The position numbers were made by a program, and so were the translations under genes. Positions 1 through 8,765 of a stretch of 64,000 bases of DNA are shown one piece after another. Numbering within the stretch: the stretch's first letter is position 1; the number at the start of each line of letters is the position of its first letter. The notes beneath the pieces are model-generated. The model searched no databases and had not been told where the DNA came from. It saw nothing but the letters and a program-made list of their open reading frames with translations. Origin of the DNA: Planctomycetota bacterium (GTDB lineage: Bacteria; Planctomycetota; UBA1135; UBA2386); contig OZ245006.1 of the NCBI GenBank assembly GCA_965223545.1, positions 7,776,001 to 7,840,000 on the forward strand, read 5' to 3'.

Positions 1-1
1 G

Positions 2-544
2 GTCCATGGCCTCCCGGGCGTCGCGGCTCGCAACCCGGTCAAGATCGTCGACGGAGTCGCACTCATGGAGCTGCCCACCGGCGAGACCGTGCTCCTCGAC
101 CTCCGCGACGTCGCCCTCGTCGGCGAATGGCGATGGACGCGGCAGGTCAACCCCCGCACGACCTACGCCCGGACCGTGATCGGTGGTCGCACCGTTGGCA
201 TGCACCGCTTCCTGCTCGGTCTCCAGGACGAGCACCGCGAGCCCGGCGGCAAGTGCGTCGACCACATCAACCACAACGGTCTCGACAACCGTCGTGCGAA
301 CCTGCGGGTCGGGGACTACGTGCGCAACGGGCAGAACCGGCGGCCCAACCGCGGCACCGCCTGCGGGTTCAAGGGTGTGACTCGCTCGGGTAGCCGATGG
401 GCCGCGCACATCACCGTGGAGGGGCGGGACATGCTCCTCGGCACCTACGAGACTGCCGAGGCGGCGGCCGCAGCGTACGACGCCGCGGCTTGCGAGCACT
501 TTGGCGTGTTTGCGCTGACGAACGGGGGGGCGTGCCGTGGATGA
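2..544 (+). CDS. HNH endonuclease with AP2 DNA-binding domain (5' end outside window)
   Basis: VDHINHNGLDNRRANLR HNH motif and GFKGV..W.AHI..LGTYETAEAAAAAYD AP2 motif; frame is open back to base 2. Confidence 0.9.
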   Translation, partial: VHGLPGVAARNPVKIVDGVALMELPTGETVLLDLRDVALVGEWRWTRQVNPRTTYARTVIGGRTVGMHRFLLGLQDEHREPGGKCVDHINHNGLDNRRANLRVGDYVRNGQNRRPNRGTACGFKGVTRSGSRWAAHITVEGRDMLLGTYETAEAAAAAYDAAACEHFGVFALTNGGACRG

Positions 545-1169
545 CGTCGTCCACACCCCTCCCGATCGCCTCCGGGTGGGCACTCAGTTGCCGCGTCACG
601 TCGCAGACCGTGAGCGCGGGCGGTCAGCAGTTGCAGGTCGCTCCGTGGTCTGGGCGCCCACTGAGGTCGTCGAGGGCGGTGGCACCTGGGGCGCGTACCC
701 AAAGGGCTTCCTCGCTTGGGCCATGGAGCGCATGGGGCGCCCAGACCCAAGTGAGACGCTGCACGTCTGCAGCGGAGGCCTCGGCCCCGCCACCCCAGGC
801 ATCCGAGTCGACATCCGCCCCGAGGTCCTGCCGGACGTGGTCGCAGACGGCCGCGCCCTACCGTTCCCGGACCGTCGGTTCCGGGCGGTGTTGCTCGATC
901 CGCCCTATTCCGTGGAGTACGCGGAGTCGCTCTACCAGACCGAATACCCGCGCCCCGCACACCTCTTGGCGGAGGCAGCGCGCGTCACTCGCCCGCTTGG
1001 GCTGATCGGGTTCGTCCACTTCCTCGTTCCGAACCCGCCACCCGATACGCGGTTCGAGAGGGTGATCGGCATCCATCAAGGGTGCGGTTACCGGATCCGC
1101 GCTCTGACGCTGTATCGCAAGCGGGCGCCGGGGTTGCCGTTCCAGTGGAAGGAGGCCCAACGTGGCTGA
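537..1169 (+). CDS. Putative amino (N6-A/N4-C) DNA methyltransferase
   Basis: LHVCSG (motif I-like), VDIRPE, VLLDPPY catalytic motif. Confidence 0.65.
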   Translation: MDDVVHTPPDRLRVGTQLPRHVADRERGRSAVAGRSVVWAPTEVVEGGGTWGAYPKGFLAWAMERMGRPDPSETLHVCSGGLGPATPGIRVDIRPEVLPDVVADGRALPFPDRRFRAVLLDPPYSVEYAESLYQTEYPRPAHLLAEAARVTRPLGLIGFVHFLVPNPPPDTRFERVIGIHQGCGYRIRALTLYRKRAPGLPFQWKEAQRG

Positions 1170-1830
1170 CCGCTGTCCTGAATGGCTCACAGCTCTCCGC
1201 GTCTACCGTGCTCAGTGCGAGCGCGACGAGGAGGTGCGGCAGCTAGACGAACTCGAGCGGCTCATCCAGTCGGAGATCGACAAGCACAAGGTGGAGGCTG
1301 GTCAAGATGTGCCGCGCCAGCCCCCTGACCATGTGGCTGATTTCACTCAGACGCTCACCACGCGCCTTCTCGGCCTGATGGAGGTGTGGAAGGACACCAC
1401 TCCCGACGAGCGTCGCACCGCCGCCGCGCATATCGCTGCCATGACTGCCGGCGAACTCGACGAGCACAAGCTGCAGGCCCGTAGACTCGCCGCCTCTCTC
1501 GCACGCGAGCAATCCGCACGCACCGACGCCATCCTCGCACTCGAACGAGTCCTCGACGACGGCAGCGACAACTGGACGCCAGCCACGAAGGTCGCCGAAA
1601 TCGTCGGCGAGTCCCGCCGCCTCCTCGCGGATCTGAGGGCGACGGCAGACGACCTGCGCGAGTCGGCGCTCACCGTTAAGGACTGGCCGGCCGACGCCGT
1701 GCTCGGCGAGGCCGGCGTGCAGGCGATCGAAGCAGTTGTGAGCGCCTACGAGCGGTTGAGCGCACGCCTCTCGAACTATACCGAGGAGGCGCGTCACCGT
1801 AGGTGGGCGGAGGAGGCGCGGCGTGGTTAG
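1162..1830 (+). CDS. Hypothetical coiled-coil phage protein
   Basis: GGAGG RBS, 8-nt overlap with upstream stop. Confidence 0.7.
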   Translation: MADRCPEWLTALRVYRAQCERDEEVRQLDELERLIQSEIDKHKVEAGQDVPRQPPDHVADFTQTLTTRLLGLMEVWKDTTPDERRTAAAHIAAMTAGELDEHKLQARRLAASLAREQSARTDAILALERVLDDGSDNWTPATKVAEIVGESRRLLADLRATADDLRESALTVKDWPADAVLGEAGVQAIEAVVSAYERLSARLSNYTEEARHRRWAEEARRG

Positions 1831-2131
1831 CGCTGAGCACTTCGTCACCTACGGCCCTGCCACCGTCTCGCTCCTTGCGCTGATGATGGCGATCCGGGCA
1901 ACCCATCGGACGCGTCAGTGCTGGCGATGGGACCGTGCGGATCGCAACGCCGGCAAGGCACTGCAGGACGTCTATCTCCTACGCGAGGACTTCCAAAGCC
2001 TCCGTCGCGAGATCGGCAAGCTGCGCGATGCGCGGGACCGGCTGCGCCGTCGCGTCTACCTAATGGAGCGCTCGCCGGAGTCACGAAACGCGCTTGGGAG
2101 TCTTCGTGGAGAGGAGGTGCGCCGTGGCTAA
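1823..2131 (+). CDS. Hypothetical protein, N-terminal hydrophobic segment and coiled coil
   Basis: Coupled GTG start with RBS. Confidence 0.6.
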   Translation: MVSAEHFVTYGPATVSLLALMMAIRATHRTRQCWRWDRADRNAGKALQDVYLLREDFQSLRREIGKLRDARDRLRRRVYLMERSPESRNALGSLRGEEVRRG

Positions 2132-2480
2132 CGCGTTCAACCCCCTTGCCGCGAGAGCAAGGCTCTCCCGGGTCCGACGTCCAGATGGCGTCCATCCACC
2201 GTGCATGAGCGAGATCGAGCGCTACCTCTACCGCGACGCCGAGCAACACATTGACCTGATCTGCGAAATGAGGGTGAGGGCCAGACGGCTCGAACAGCGT
2301 CTCGCGGCAGCCCACAGATTGATCGGCACCGGTCAGCAGGAGCATGCCTCATGGTGCTCAACCTTCTGCGTCTCCCAGTCGACGGAGTGCGAGTGCGGCC
2401 TGCTGCAGGCGCAACGCGAGTTCAACCGCATCGAGGCGGGCATGGGACCTCCTCCCGAAGAGGAGGCGCGCCGTGGCTAA
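2124..2480 (+). CDS. Hypothetical protein (H..WC..C..CECG)
   Basis: GTG at 2124 after GAGGAGG; overlaps upstream stop. Confidence 0.6.
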   Translation: MANAFNPLAARARLSRVRRPDGVHPPCMSEIERYLYRDAEQHIDLICEMRVRARRLEQRLAAAHRLIGTGQQEHASWCSTFCVSQSTECECGLLQAQREFNRIEAGMGPPPEEEARRG

Positions 2481-2784
2481 ACACGCCGTCCGCATGGCCA
2501 AAGCATCTGACGCCGACATCGCCCAGGCCATCGATCTGTGCTCCGCGCTCGATGCGCTGAGAAGTGGTTGGGATCCGAGCAACATCGACGAGTCCATCGA
2601 CGTCGACGATCCAACGGCGTGCAAGCGTGCGCTGAGTCATCTGTTGACTTGCTGCTCGCAGGCGAGCCTGTTCCGCGTCGTTTTCGGGATGTCCACGCTG
2701 TGCAACCCCCGGAACAGGCTGATCGACCCCGACAGCGACGTCCTGGATCTGCATCCGGAACTGAAGGCGGTGCGCCGTGGGTAA
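2473..2784 (+). CDS. Hypothetical phage protein (MAKHAVRMAKAS...)
   Basis: GTG at 2473 after GAGGAGG. Confidence 0.65.
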   Translation: MAKHAVRMAKASDADIAQAIDLCSALDALRSGWDPSNIDESIDVDDPTACKRALSHLLTCCSQASLFRVVFGMSTLCNPRNRLIDPDSDVLDLHPELKAVRRG

Positions 2785-2989
2785 ACAGCGTTCCACGCCC
2801 GCCGCAGTGCAGTGCGCACAACGCACTGTCCCCGCAGGCGTTCTGCCGCCGGGCTTCCCGACGGTCGAGCAGATGTTCTGCACTTCGTGTCGCTGGCGCG
2901 TGCGCCGCGAGCTGAATCAACGGCTGTGCAGGCACTGCCACGCCGAATCGGAGCGCAAGCGTCGTGCGCGAAAAGGAGCAACAACGTGA
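2777..2989 (+). CDS. Small Zn-finger-like protein
   Basis: CTSC and CRHC pairs; coupled start. Confidence 0.55.
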   Translation: MGKQRSTPAAVQCAQRTVPAGVLPPGFPTVEQMFCTSCRWRVRRELNQRLCRHCHAESERKRRARKGATT

Positions 2990-3558
2990 CCGACCTCCCC
3001 TGGATCGTCGCCGGCTGCGCTCGCTCGGGCTCATCGCTTGTCATGCAAATGCTCGACCGCGGCGGCGTGAGCTGCTTCGGCGAGTTCCCTGCCTACGAGG
3101 ATCCGCGCACGGCCAACCTGCACAACCAGACCTGGTTGCAACCGGGTCGCGCACACAAGGTGCTCTGTCCGCCGCTGCTGCGAGACGCTCCGCCGCCGCA
3201 AGCTCTCTACGTCTGGATGGAGCGCAACGCGACCCAGCAGGCTCGCAGCCAAGTCAAGTTCATGCGCGCGATGGGCGTGTCCGCGCTTGTGAGCGGGGCA
3301 AACCTCGAGCGCGTCGCGGAGTCTATCCGACGCGATAACCAGACGTTCCGCGATGCCGTTCGCGCCGACAGGTTGCTCGTCATTCGTTTCGAGGACTTGC
3401 TGCGATCGCCGGAGGCGACCGCGAAGTCGATCAGCCAGTTCCTCGGCGCAGGCGACCCCGCGGCCATGGCTGCGGCGGTGATCCCGCGCGAACCAGAATG
3501 CTTCGACGGGCTACTGGAAGCGCGACTGATTCAGGAAGAGGGGGCGCGCCGTGCCTGA
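2986..3558 (+). CDS. Sulfotransferase-family (PAPS-binding P-loop) protein
   Basis: IVAGCARSGSSLVMQML PSB loop, WMERN, IRFEDLL..PE; GTG start after AAGGAG. Confidence 0.75.
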   Translation: MTDLPWIVAGCARSGSSLVMQMLDRGGVSCFGEFPAYEDPRTANLHNQTWLQPGRAHKVLCPPLLRDAPPPQALYVWMERNATQQARSQVKFMRAMGVSALVSGANLERVAESIRRDNQTFRDAVRADRLLVIRFEDLLRSPEATAKSISQFLGAGDPAAMAAAVIPREPECFDGLLEARLIQEEGARRA

Positions 3559-4129
3559 CCGTCCCACGCTCCCCTACGAAGAGGCTGCCGGGGTCGTCAC
3601 CGTCACCGGCTGGGCGTGCAAGTCGTGCAAGCGCTGGTTCGCCGACGAAGAGGATTTGGCGCGCTACTGCTGCGCCGAGTCGATGCCGTGCGACTGCGGC
3701 CGACAACGCCGCGAGAAGCACTACACGTGCTGCGAGTTGTGCCGCGCGGAGCGCGCTGCCGAGCGATACGCAAAGCTCTCCCGCGTCGAGTGGGACGGCG
3801 AGACCCCGCTCTGCGAGTGGATGAGCGATCGCTACTTCTGGGATATCGACGAGGTCCAGGACGCGATCGACGAGGACCCAGACATCCGCCTGGAGGTTTG
3901 TGTGCCGCAACTCTCGCCGATCTTCGAGATGTCGGAGTTCTTGGCCGACGTCTTGCCGCTCGAGGACGGAGAACTTCGGGCAGACGCCACGGAGATCGAC
4001 GCCGCGGTGAACGCCTGGATCGCGAAGCACTCTCCGTTCTCGTGGACAGGGAGCGGCAAGGTCCCGTCTCGCGAGTCGCTCGCGAAGGTCGTCGACCTGC
4101 GTGATGACGAGGAGGACGGTGATGCGTGA
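3551..4129 (+). CDS. Cys-rich hypothetical protein
   Basis: Several CxxC pairs; coupled start. Confidence 0.7.
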   Translation: MPDRPTLPYEEAAGVVTVTGWACKSCKRWFADEEDLARYCCAESMPCDCGRQRREKHYTCCELCRAERAAERYAKLSRVEWDGETPLCEWMSDRYFWDIDEVQDAIDEDPDIRLEVCVPQLSPIFEMSEFLADVLPLEDGELRADATEIDAAVNAWIAKHSPFSWTGSGKVPSRESLAKVVDLRDDEEDGDA

Positions 4130-4454
4130 GCGCGTCCATACTCTCAAGACCTGGCCCGAGCCGTGGCGAGCCGTTCGCGAGGGCCGCAAGACGTTCGAGG
4201 TCCGCATCGACGACCGCGGCTACATGGTCGGCGACGTCCTGCTGTTGCAGCTGTTCGACCCTGGTGTGGAGCGCGCAGGCCGCCGATCCGGGCGCTACTG
4301 CAACGAAGACGGAAGTCCACTCATGATCGACCAGCATGTCCCCGCGGAGATCCGTAAGCGCGTGACCTACGTGCTGCACGGCGGCCGCTTCGGGGTCGAC
4401 ATGCACTGGGTCGTCCTCGGACTCGGCGAGATGGGGGAGTCGAAAGATGTGTGA
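4122..4454 (+). CDS. DUF3850/ASCH (PUA-like) domain protein
   Basis: HTLKTWPEPWRAVREGRKTFEVRIDDRGYMVGDVLLLQ signature. Confidence 0.85.
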   Translation: MRERVHTLKTWPEPWRAVREGRKTFEVRIDDRGYMVGDVLLLQLFDPGVERAGRRSGRYCNEDGSPLMIDQHVPAEIRKRVTYVLHGGRFGVDMHWVVLGLGEMGESKDV

Positions 4455-4587
4455 GCGCGACAACAATGCCGCTCGGCAACGCGTGATCGTCTGGGGCTGC
4501 GTGCTGTTCGCTAGCCTGGCACTCTGGGCCGGGTTCGGTGTGCTCACCGTCTACATCCTCTACGCCTTGGGCAACGGAGGAGCGTGA
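4447..4587 (+). CDS. Small membrane protein (46 aa)
   Basis: Fills the gap with coupled start and stop; one hydrophobic helix. Confidence 0.45.
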   Translation: MCERDNNAARQRVIVWGCVLFASLALWAGFGVLTVYILYALGNGGA

Positions 4588-5039
4588 TGGTCACGGTTCA
4601 CGATGACGACCGCGCACGTTTCGTCGACGTCGCTCGCGTCGGCGCCAAGACACTCGACTCGATAGCGAATGCTGTGGCCGACGGCGCGGACTGGAAGCGC
4701 ATCGTCGATCTCTGTGCCAACGCCCAACTGGTTCTCGTGACCATGCGTGAGGGCGCCGAGCAGCGAGGACGAGTCGAGCGTGCGGCGGAGCATCCGCGCA
4801 CCGAGCAAGACTTCCAAGACTTCGCGGAGGCCGGTCGAGTTGGCTGGATCTCAGCGCTCAGCAGGCGGATGGAGAACCCCAACGCCAAGATCGGCCCGGT
4901 CCTCTTCTCTGCACTCGATGAGTGCAGCGATGACGTGGTGCGCGGGGCATTGGCCTGGTTGTCGTCCGAGCTGATCGGCCAGTGGTTTACGGAGTTCGAG
5001 AACGCCAAGGCGGCCGCGGCAGGAGGTGACGTCAGATGA
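4587..5039 (+). CDS. Hypothetical protein
   Basis: GGAGG RBS, coupled. Confidence 0.6.
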   Translation: MVTVHDDDRARFVDVARVGAKTLDSIANAVADGADWKRIVDLCANAQLVLVTMREGAEQRGRVERAAEHPRTEQDFQDFAEAGRVGWISALSRRMENPNAKIGPVLFSALDECSDDVVRGALAWLSSELIGQWFTEFENAKAAAAGGDVR

Positions 5040-5248
5040 GCAAAGAGGCAAACCGACGCGCGGCCTTCCGGGGCATGTGCACTGGCAACATCCTCCTCAC
5101 TGAGGAGCTTGCAGCCCGTGCGAGAGGCGGAGCTTCGTGGGTTGAGCTGTCCGAGAGAGTTGCCAACCTGAGACGTGCCCTGGAGCTGATGCAGCACTTG
5201 GTCGACCAAGTAGCGCTGGAGCAGAAGCAGGAGGTCGAGAGCAACTGA
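5036..5248 (+). CDS. Hypothetical protein
   Basis: AGGAGG RBS, ATGA overlap. Confidence 0.55.
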   Translation: MSKEANRRAAFRGMCTGNILLTEELAARARGGASWVELSERVANLRRALELMQHLVDQVALEQKQEVESN

Positions 5249-5430
5249 TGCCTGGCTGCGACCGATGCGAAGCGGCCGAGCGCCGCGCCTACGAGCTCGA
5301 GGAAGAGCTGCGGGAGATCGCGACCGTGGCGCTCGATCTCGTGACGGACACGGGGCGCTACCCGTCGCGGCGCGACGTGGTTGCGCGCAAGCTGCGGGCG
5401 TTGCTGCGGCGCTTTGGGGACGAGGTGTGA
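5248..5430 (+). CDS. Hypothetical protein
   Basis: TGATG coupling at both ends. Confidence 0.5.
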   Translation: MPGCDRCEAAERRAYELEEELREIATVALDLVTDTGRYPSRRDVVARKLRALLRRFGDEV

Positions 5431-6251
5431 TGGCGAAGACGAAGACTGCATCCAAGATGACGGCTGCTGTCGTTGCGAGCTGCATCCGAGCCCGCTACCG
5501 CACTGACAAGGGCTGGCTCGTCTTGGACGAGGTCGCCGACGCACCAGGGTTTGGTGCGCGCAACCGGATCGACCACTGTGCTGTCGGCGTTTGGGGCAGC
5601 AACGCTGCGGCGGTCATCGCCTTCGAGGTCAAGGTCAGTCGCCAGGACTGGCTACGCGAACTCGACAAGCCGCGCAAGCGTGAGCGCTTCTGCGAAGAGT
5701 GCAACGAGTTCTGGTTCGTGTGCGCACCAGGTGTCGCTGAAAAGGCTGAGGTGCCAGAGGGCACTGGCCTGATGGTGGTACGAGGCGAGCGGCTCGTGAC
5801 CGTAGTGCGTGCACCGCACAGCAAGTACGAGCCGACGCCAGCGATGGTCGCGACACTGTTCCGCGCGGCGGTGCGATGGGCCGCCGAACTCGAGCACCAG
5901 AACCAGCGATTCGCCGAGTTCGCGGGTCGACCGATCACGGTCGAGGATCTCGATCGACTCGTCGATCTTTGGTATGGGAGCAAGCTCAGCCGGCTTCAGA
6001 AGCAAGTCGACGCACAGAGTCCTGAGAGGAAGGAGAGGCGCGAACGATCCCGAGAGTGGGCTGGGGCGGTGAAGGCTGTCGAGAACCTCGGGTTGAAGAT
6101 CCAGGGCTACCGGGGTGAGCGCAGTGACCGTGTCGCTGCGGTGCACTGGGCTTGCGACCTGCTAGGCGAGTTCGGGACCGTGCGTCGAGCGGCGGAGAAC
6201 TTGCAAGTCACTGCTGAGCGATTGCTGGGTAGGGAGGCTCGCGATGCCTGA
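5430..6251 (+). CDS. MmcB-like PD-(D/E)XK nuclease
   Basis: RID...IAFEVKVSRQDWLREL..P.K...CNEFWFV.P...VPEGTGL signature. Confidence 0.8.
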   Translation: MAKTKTASKMTAAVVASCIRARYRTDKGWLVLDEVADAPGFGARNRIDHCAVGVWGSNAAAVIAFEVKVSRQDWLRELDKPRKRERFCEECNEFWFVCAPGVAEKAEVPEGTGLMVVRGERLVTVVRAPHSKYEPTPAMVATLFRAAVRWAAELEHQNQRFAEFAGRPITVEDLDRLVDLWYGSKLSRLQKQVDAQSPERKERRERSREWAGAVKAVENLGLKIQGYRGERSDRVAAVHWACDLLGEFGTVRRAAENLQVTAERLLGREARDA

Positions 6252-6657
6252 CCAAGCCTGCAGATTCTGCGGCGACGTCGATTGCACCGAGAAGTGCGGC
6301 TTGTCGGCGTGGGCGCGGCAGCGGCTCGCGAAGATGGAACACGCTCTTGCTGAGCGTCAAGGGATCGTACTCAATCTGCTCGGTCTTCTGATGGACTTCA
6401 CGGGGTGGCAAGCGCTACTCGACGAGGAAGGCTACGAAACCGACGCGAAGGGGTCCGACTACTTCGACTGCGTCAAGGAGCACGAAGAGATCTCGCTTGC
6501 ATTGGAAGAAGCCGGAGTCACTGGAGCGGAGATCGAAGCTGTGGCGCGTTCAACCGAGGCACGCCGTCTCCAGAGGGTCATCGATGGCTTGAAGGCCAAG
6601 CAGCGTGACGTGAAGATGGAACTTGACCGAGCGAAGGAGGCGTTGCGCGATGCGTGA
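6244..6657 (+). CDS. Hypothetical protein
   Basis: Coupled ORF with RBS. Confidence 0.6.
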   Translation: MPDQACRFCGDVDCTEKCGLSAWARQRLAKMEHALAERQGIVLNLLGLLMDFTGWQALLDEEGYETDAKGSDYFDCVKEHEEISLALEEAGVTGAEIEAVARSTEARRLQRVIDGLKAKQRDVKMELDRAKEALRDA

Positions 6658-6985
6658 TGGAAACGTCATCCATTCAGGCATTGGCGTCTCGGGTCAGGCC
6701 CGCTTTGAGCGCAAGCACGCGGAGCCTGGGCAGTGCCGTCACCGTGCTGGGTATCTGGTCGACGACGCTTCGGGGATCGTCTCGTGTCGGAAGTGCAAGG
6801 ATCAAGTCGAGCCATTCGTTGCGCTGTCTCGAATAGCGAAGGAGGCATCGCGCTGGAGGCAGCAGGAGATCTCTCTGCAGGCCGAGGTTCGGCGCCTCCG
6901 GTGTGTCGTCGACGACCTGAAGCGAGAGGAACGCAACGCTAGAGCGCACTTGAAGCGCGCGGAGGAGGCGGCGCGCGATGCGTGA
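6650..6985 (+). CDS. Zn-ribbon plus coiled-coil protein
   Basis: CRH...CRKCK.QVEPF.AL motif. Confidence 0.6.
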   Translation: MRDGNVIHSGIGVSGQARFERKHAEPGQCRHRAGYLVDDASGIVSCRKCKDQVEPFVALSRIAKEASRWRQQEISLQAEVRRLRCVVDDLKREERNARAHLKRAEEAARDA

Positions 6986-7457
6986 CTACCACAACCCGAT
7001 CCACCAGCACGTCGAGGCGCTGCGCTACTTCCTCAGGAACGAGAGATCGCTTGGTGTCTACGGCAGCGAAAGCGATCTGGCGCGCACCAGGTCTGCGATC
7101 CGCTACTTCGCCGACCAAGGTGCGGAGCACGAGCTAGACCGTGCGTGCAACCGGATTGTCGAGCTAGAGGAACGGTGCGCATCCCTCCGCGCAAACCTGG
7201 AGCGGGTTGATGCCGCGCAGGCCAAGCAGAGGTTGATCGCGCAGGCGTTGCTCCGGTTGCTGTGGAACTTCACGGAGTGGGAACCAACGAAGCCCACCTA
7301 CGAGTCACGGAGTCCTGCGCACGGACACTGCTGCACATGTCAAGACTGTGGGCGAGACCACGGCGACTGTGTTTGCGAGCACAACGACATCACCGAGGCG
7401 ATTGCGGAGCTTGGGATCTCCGAAGCCGAAGTCCGGGAGATGCTGCCCCATGCGTAG
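6978..7457 (+). CDS. Hypothetical protein with Cys/His cluster
   Basis: HGHCCTCQDCGRDHGDCVCEHN; weakly resembles 6244-6657. Confidence 0.6.
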   Translation: MRDYHNPIHQHVEALRYFLRNERSLGVYGSESDLARTRSAIRYFADQGAEHELDRACNRIVELEERCASLRANLERVDAAQAKQRLIAQALLRLLWNFTEWEPTKPTYESRSPAHGHCCTCQDCGRDHGDCVCEHNDITEAIAELGISEAEVREMLPHA

Positions 7458-7839
7458 CACCACGAGAACACCCAACAGGAGAGGGGCCCCCGCTAACGAC
7501 GAGGGTGTCCGAGCTGGTGAGCTGCGGGAAACCAGCGGTCAGAGGTCAAGCGCAGCCGTCGGGGGGCCCTTTCACACACCTACACCCGCGCGCCGGCGCG
7601 GCGGACACGGGAAACCGTGGTCCGGGCTTTCCACGCGCGGGCCGGCGACCGCGCGTGGGCTTACGCATTCGGGTGCTGGCCCGGTGCTGCCTTGGTGGCG
7701 GCACCGTCCGATCGACGGGCCAGCGCCCACCTTGTTCATGTCGCTGTTCGATGCTGGGGGGTTTGGCATCGGCGGCACGCGGCGACCGCGGTCCGAGCTT
7801 CTCGCGGTCGCCGCACTTCTTCCCGAGGGCGGTAGCTGA
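7450..7839 (+). CDS. Hypothetical protein (doubtful)
   Basis: Coupled at both ends but low-complexity; hairpin-rich 5' part (about 7482-7572). Confidence 0.35.
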   Translation: MRSTTRTPNRRGAPANDEGVRAGELRETSGQRSSAAVGGPFHTPTPARRRGGHGKPWSGLSTRGPATARGLTHSGAGPVLPWWRHRPIDGPAPTLFMSLFDAGGFGIGGTRRPRSELLAVAALLPEGGS

Positions 7840-8408
7840 TGCAGAAGATCCCGATGCTGTTCTTGCGTGACCCGGACAACCCTCGAAGGGTTACGGATCA
7901 GGTCAATCCGGAATGCCAGTGGGTGTTCGATGGCGAAGGTGCCCCGCATCCGAAGTGGGATGGGACGGCTTGCCTCGTTCGTGGCGGCAGGTTGTTCAAG
8001 CGGTACGAGCTGAAGCCTGGCCGCACGCCTCCCCCCGACTTTGAGCCAGCGCAGGAACCGGATCCCAATACGGGGAAGACGCCAGGGTGGGTCCCGGTCG
8101 GCGACGGGCCGGAGGATCGGTGGCACCGGGAGGCGTACAGGCTCTCCCTCGCTGAGGGCACATATGAGCTGATCGGTCCGAAGGTGCAGGGAAACCCACA
8201 CAGCGAACCGGGCAGGCATTGGCTGAGTTCGCACAAGTTCCCGATCGCGGGCAACCCACGCACGCGAGAAGAGATCCGTGCATGGCTCGATGGACACCGG
8301 TGCGAGGGCATCGTCTGGCACCACCCAGACGGCAGGATGGCCAAGATCCGCCGGAAGGACTTCGGGCTGTCGTGGCCCGTCAAGCAGGAGGACGCAGCCC
8401 ATGCCTGA
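7839..8408 (+). CDS. DUF5565-like RNA-ligase-family nucleotidyltransferase
   Basis: MQKIP.LF.RD, KWDGTAC (KxDG), YELIGPKVQGNP, EGIVWH, MAKIRRKDFG. Confidence 0.75.
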   Translation: MQKIPMLFLRDPDNPRRVTDQVNPECQWVFDGEGAPHPKWDGTACLVRGGRLFKRYELKPGRTPPPDFEPAQEPDPNTGKTPGWVPVGDGPEDRWHREAYRLSLAEGTYELIGPKVQGNPHSEPGRHWLSSHKFPIAGNPRTREEIRAWLDGHRCEGIVWHHPDGRMAKIRRKDFGLSWPVKQEDAAHA

Positions 8409-8655
8409 GCCATCAATCTGCGTCAACTGTCGACATCACCGCGGCCCAACCGACGAGTTCGACCGCAGCCTGCACTACTGCGATCACCCGAGCGCTGAGC
8501 GTAGGCAGAGAGTCGTCGACCACATCTCCGGGCTCGGTTGCTTCACGCGATCGGACGGTTCGCTGACGCTTGAGGGGCGACCCCGGTGCGACGAGGTCAA
8601 CGTGCGTGGGACGTGCCGGTACTGGGAGGCGAAGGTCAGCGAGGAGGGGGCATGA
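8401..8655 (+). CDS. Small Cys-rich protein
   Basis: CVNCRH...C.HP...C...C.YWE. Confidence 0.6.
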   Translation: MPEPSICVNCRHHRGPTDEFDRSLHYCDHPSAERRQRVVDHISGLGCFTRSDGSLTLEGRPRCDEVNVRGTCRYWEAKVSEEGA

Positions 8656-8750
8656 GTTGGTGGCTTCTCGCACTCGCGGTGCTTGTGGTCGGGGCCGCGG
8701 CCGTGGTCTTTCTTGCTGTCATCGCGCGGGCCGGGCAGGGCTGGAGCTAG
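8652..8750 (+). CDS. Very small membrane peptide
   Basis: RBS GAGGAGG, ATGA overlap, 32 aa hydrophobic. Confidence 0.35.
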   Translation: MSWWLLALAVLVVGAAAVVFLAVIARAGQGWS

Positions 8751-8765
8751 AGGAGACGTTCAGAA

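Noticed and set aside
7482..7572. Nested stems at the start of ORF 7450-7839 as an ncRNA or riboswitch
   Set aside because: Stems are present (GGGCCCCC/GGGGGCCC, GCTGGT/ACCAGC) but no family is recognisable, and they are plausible by chance at this GC content.
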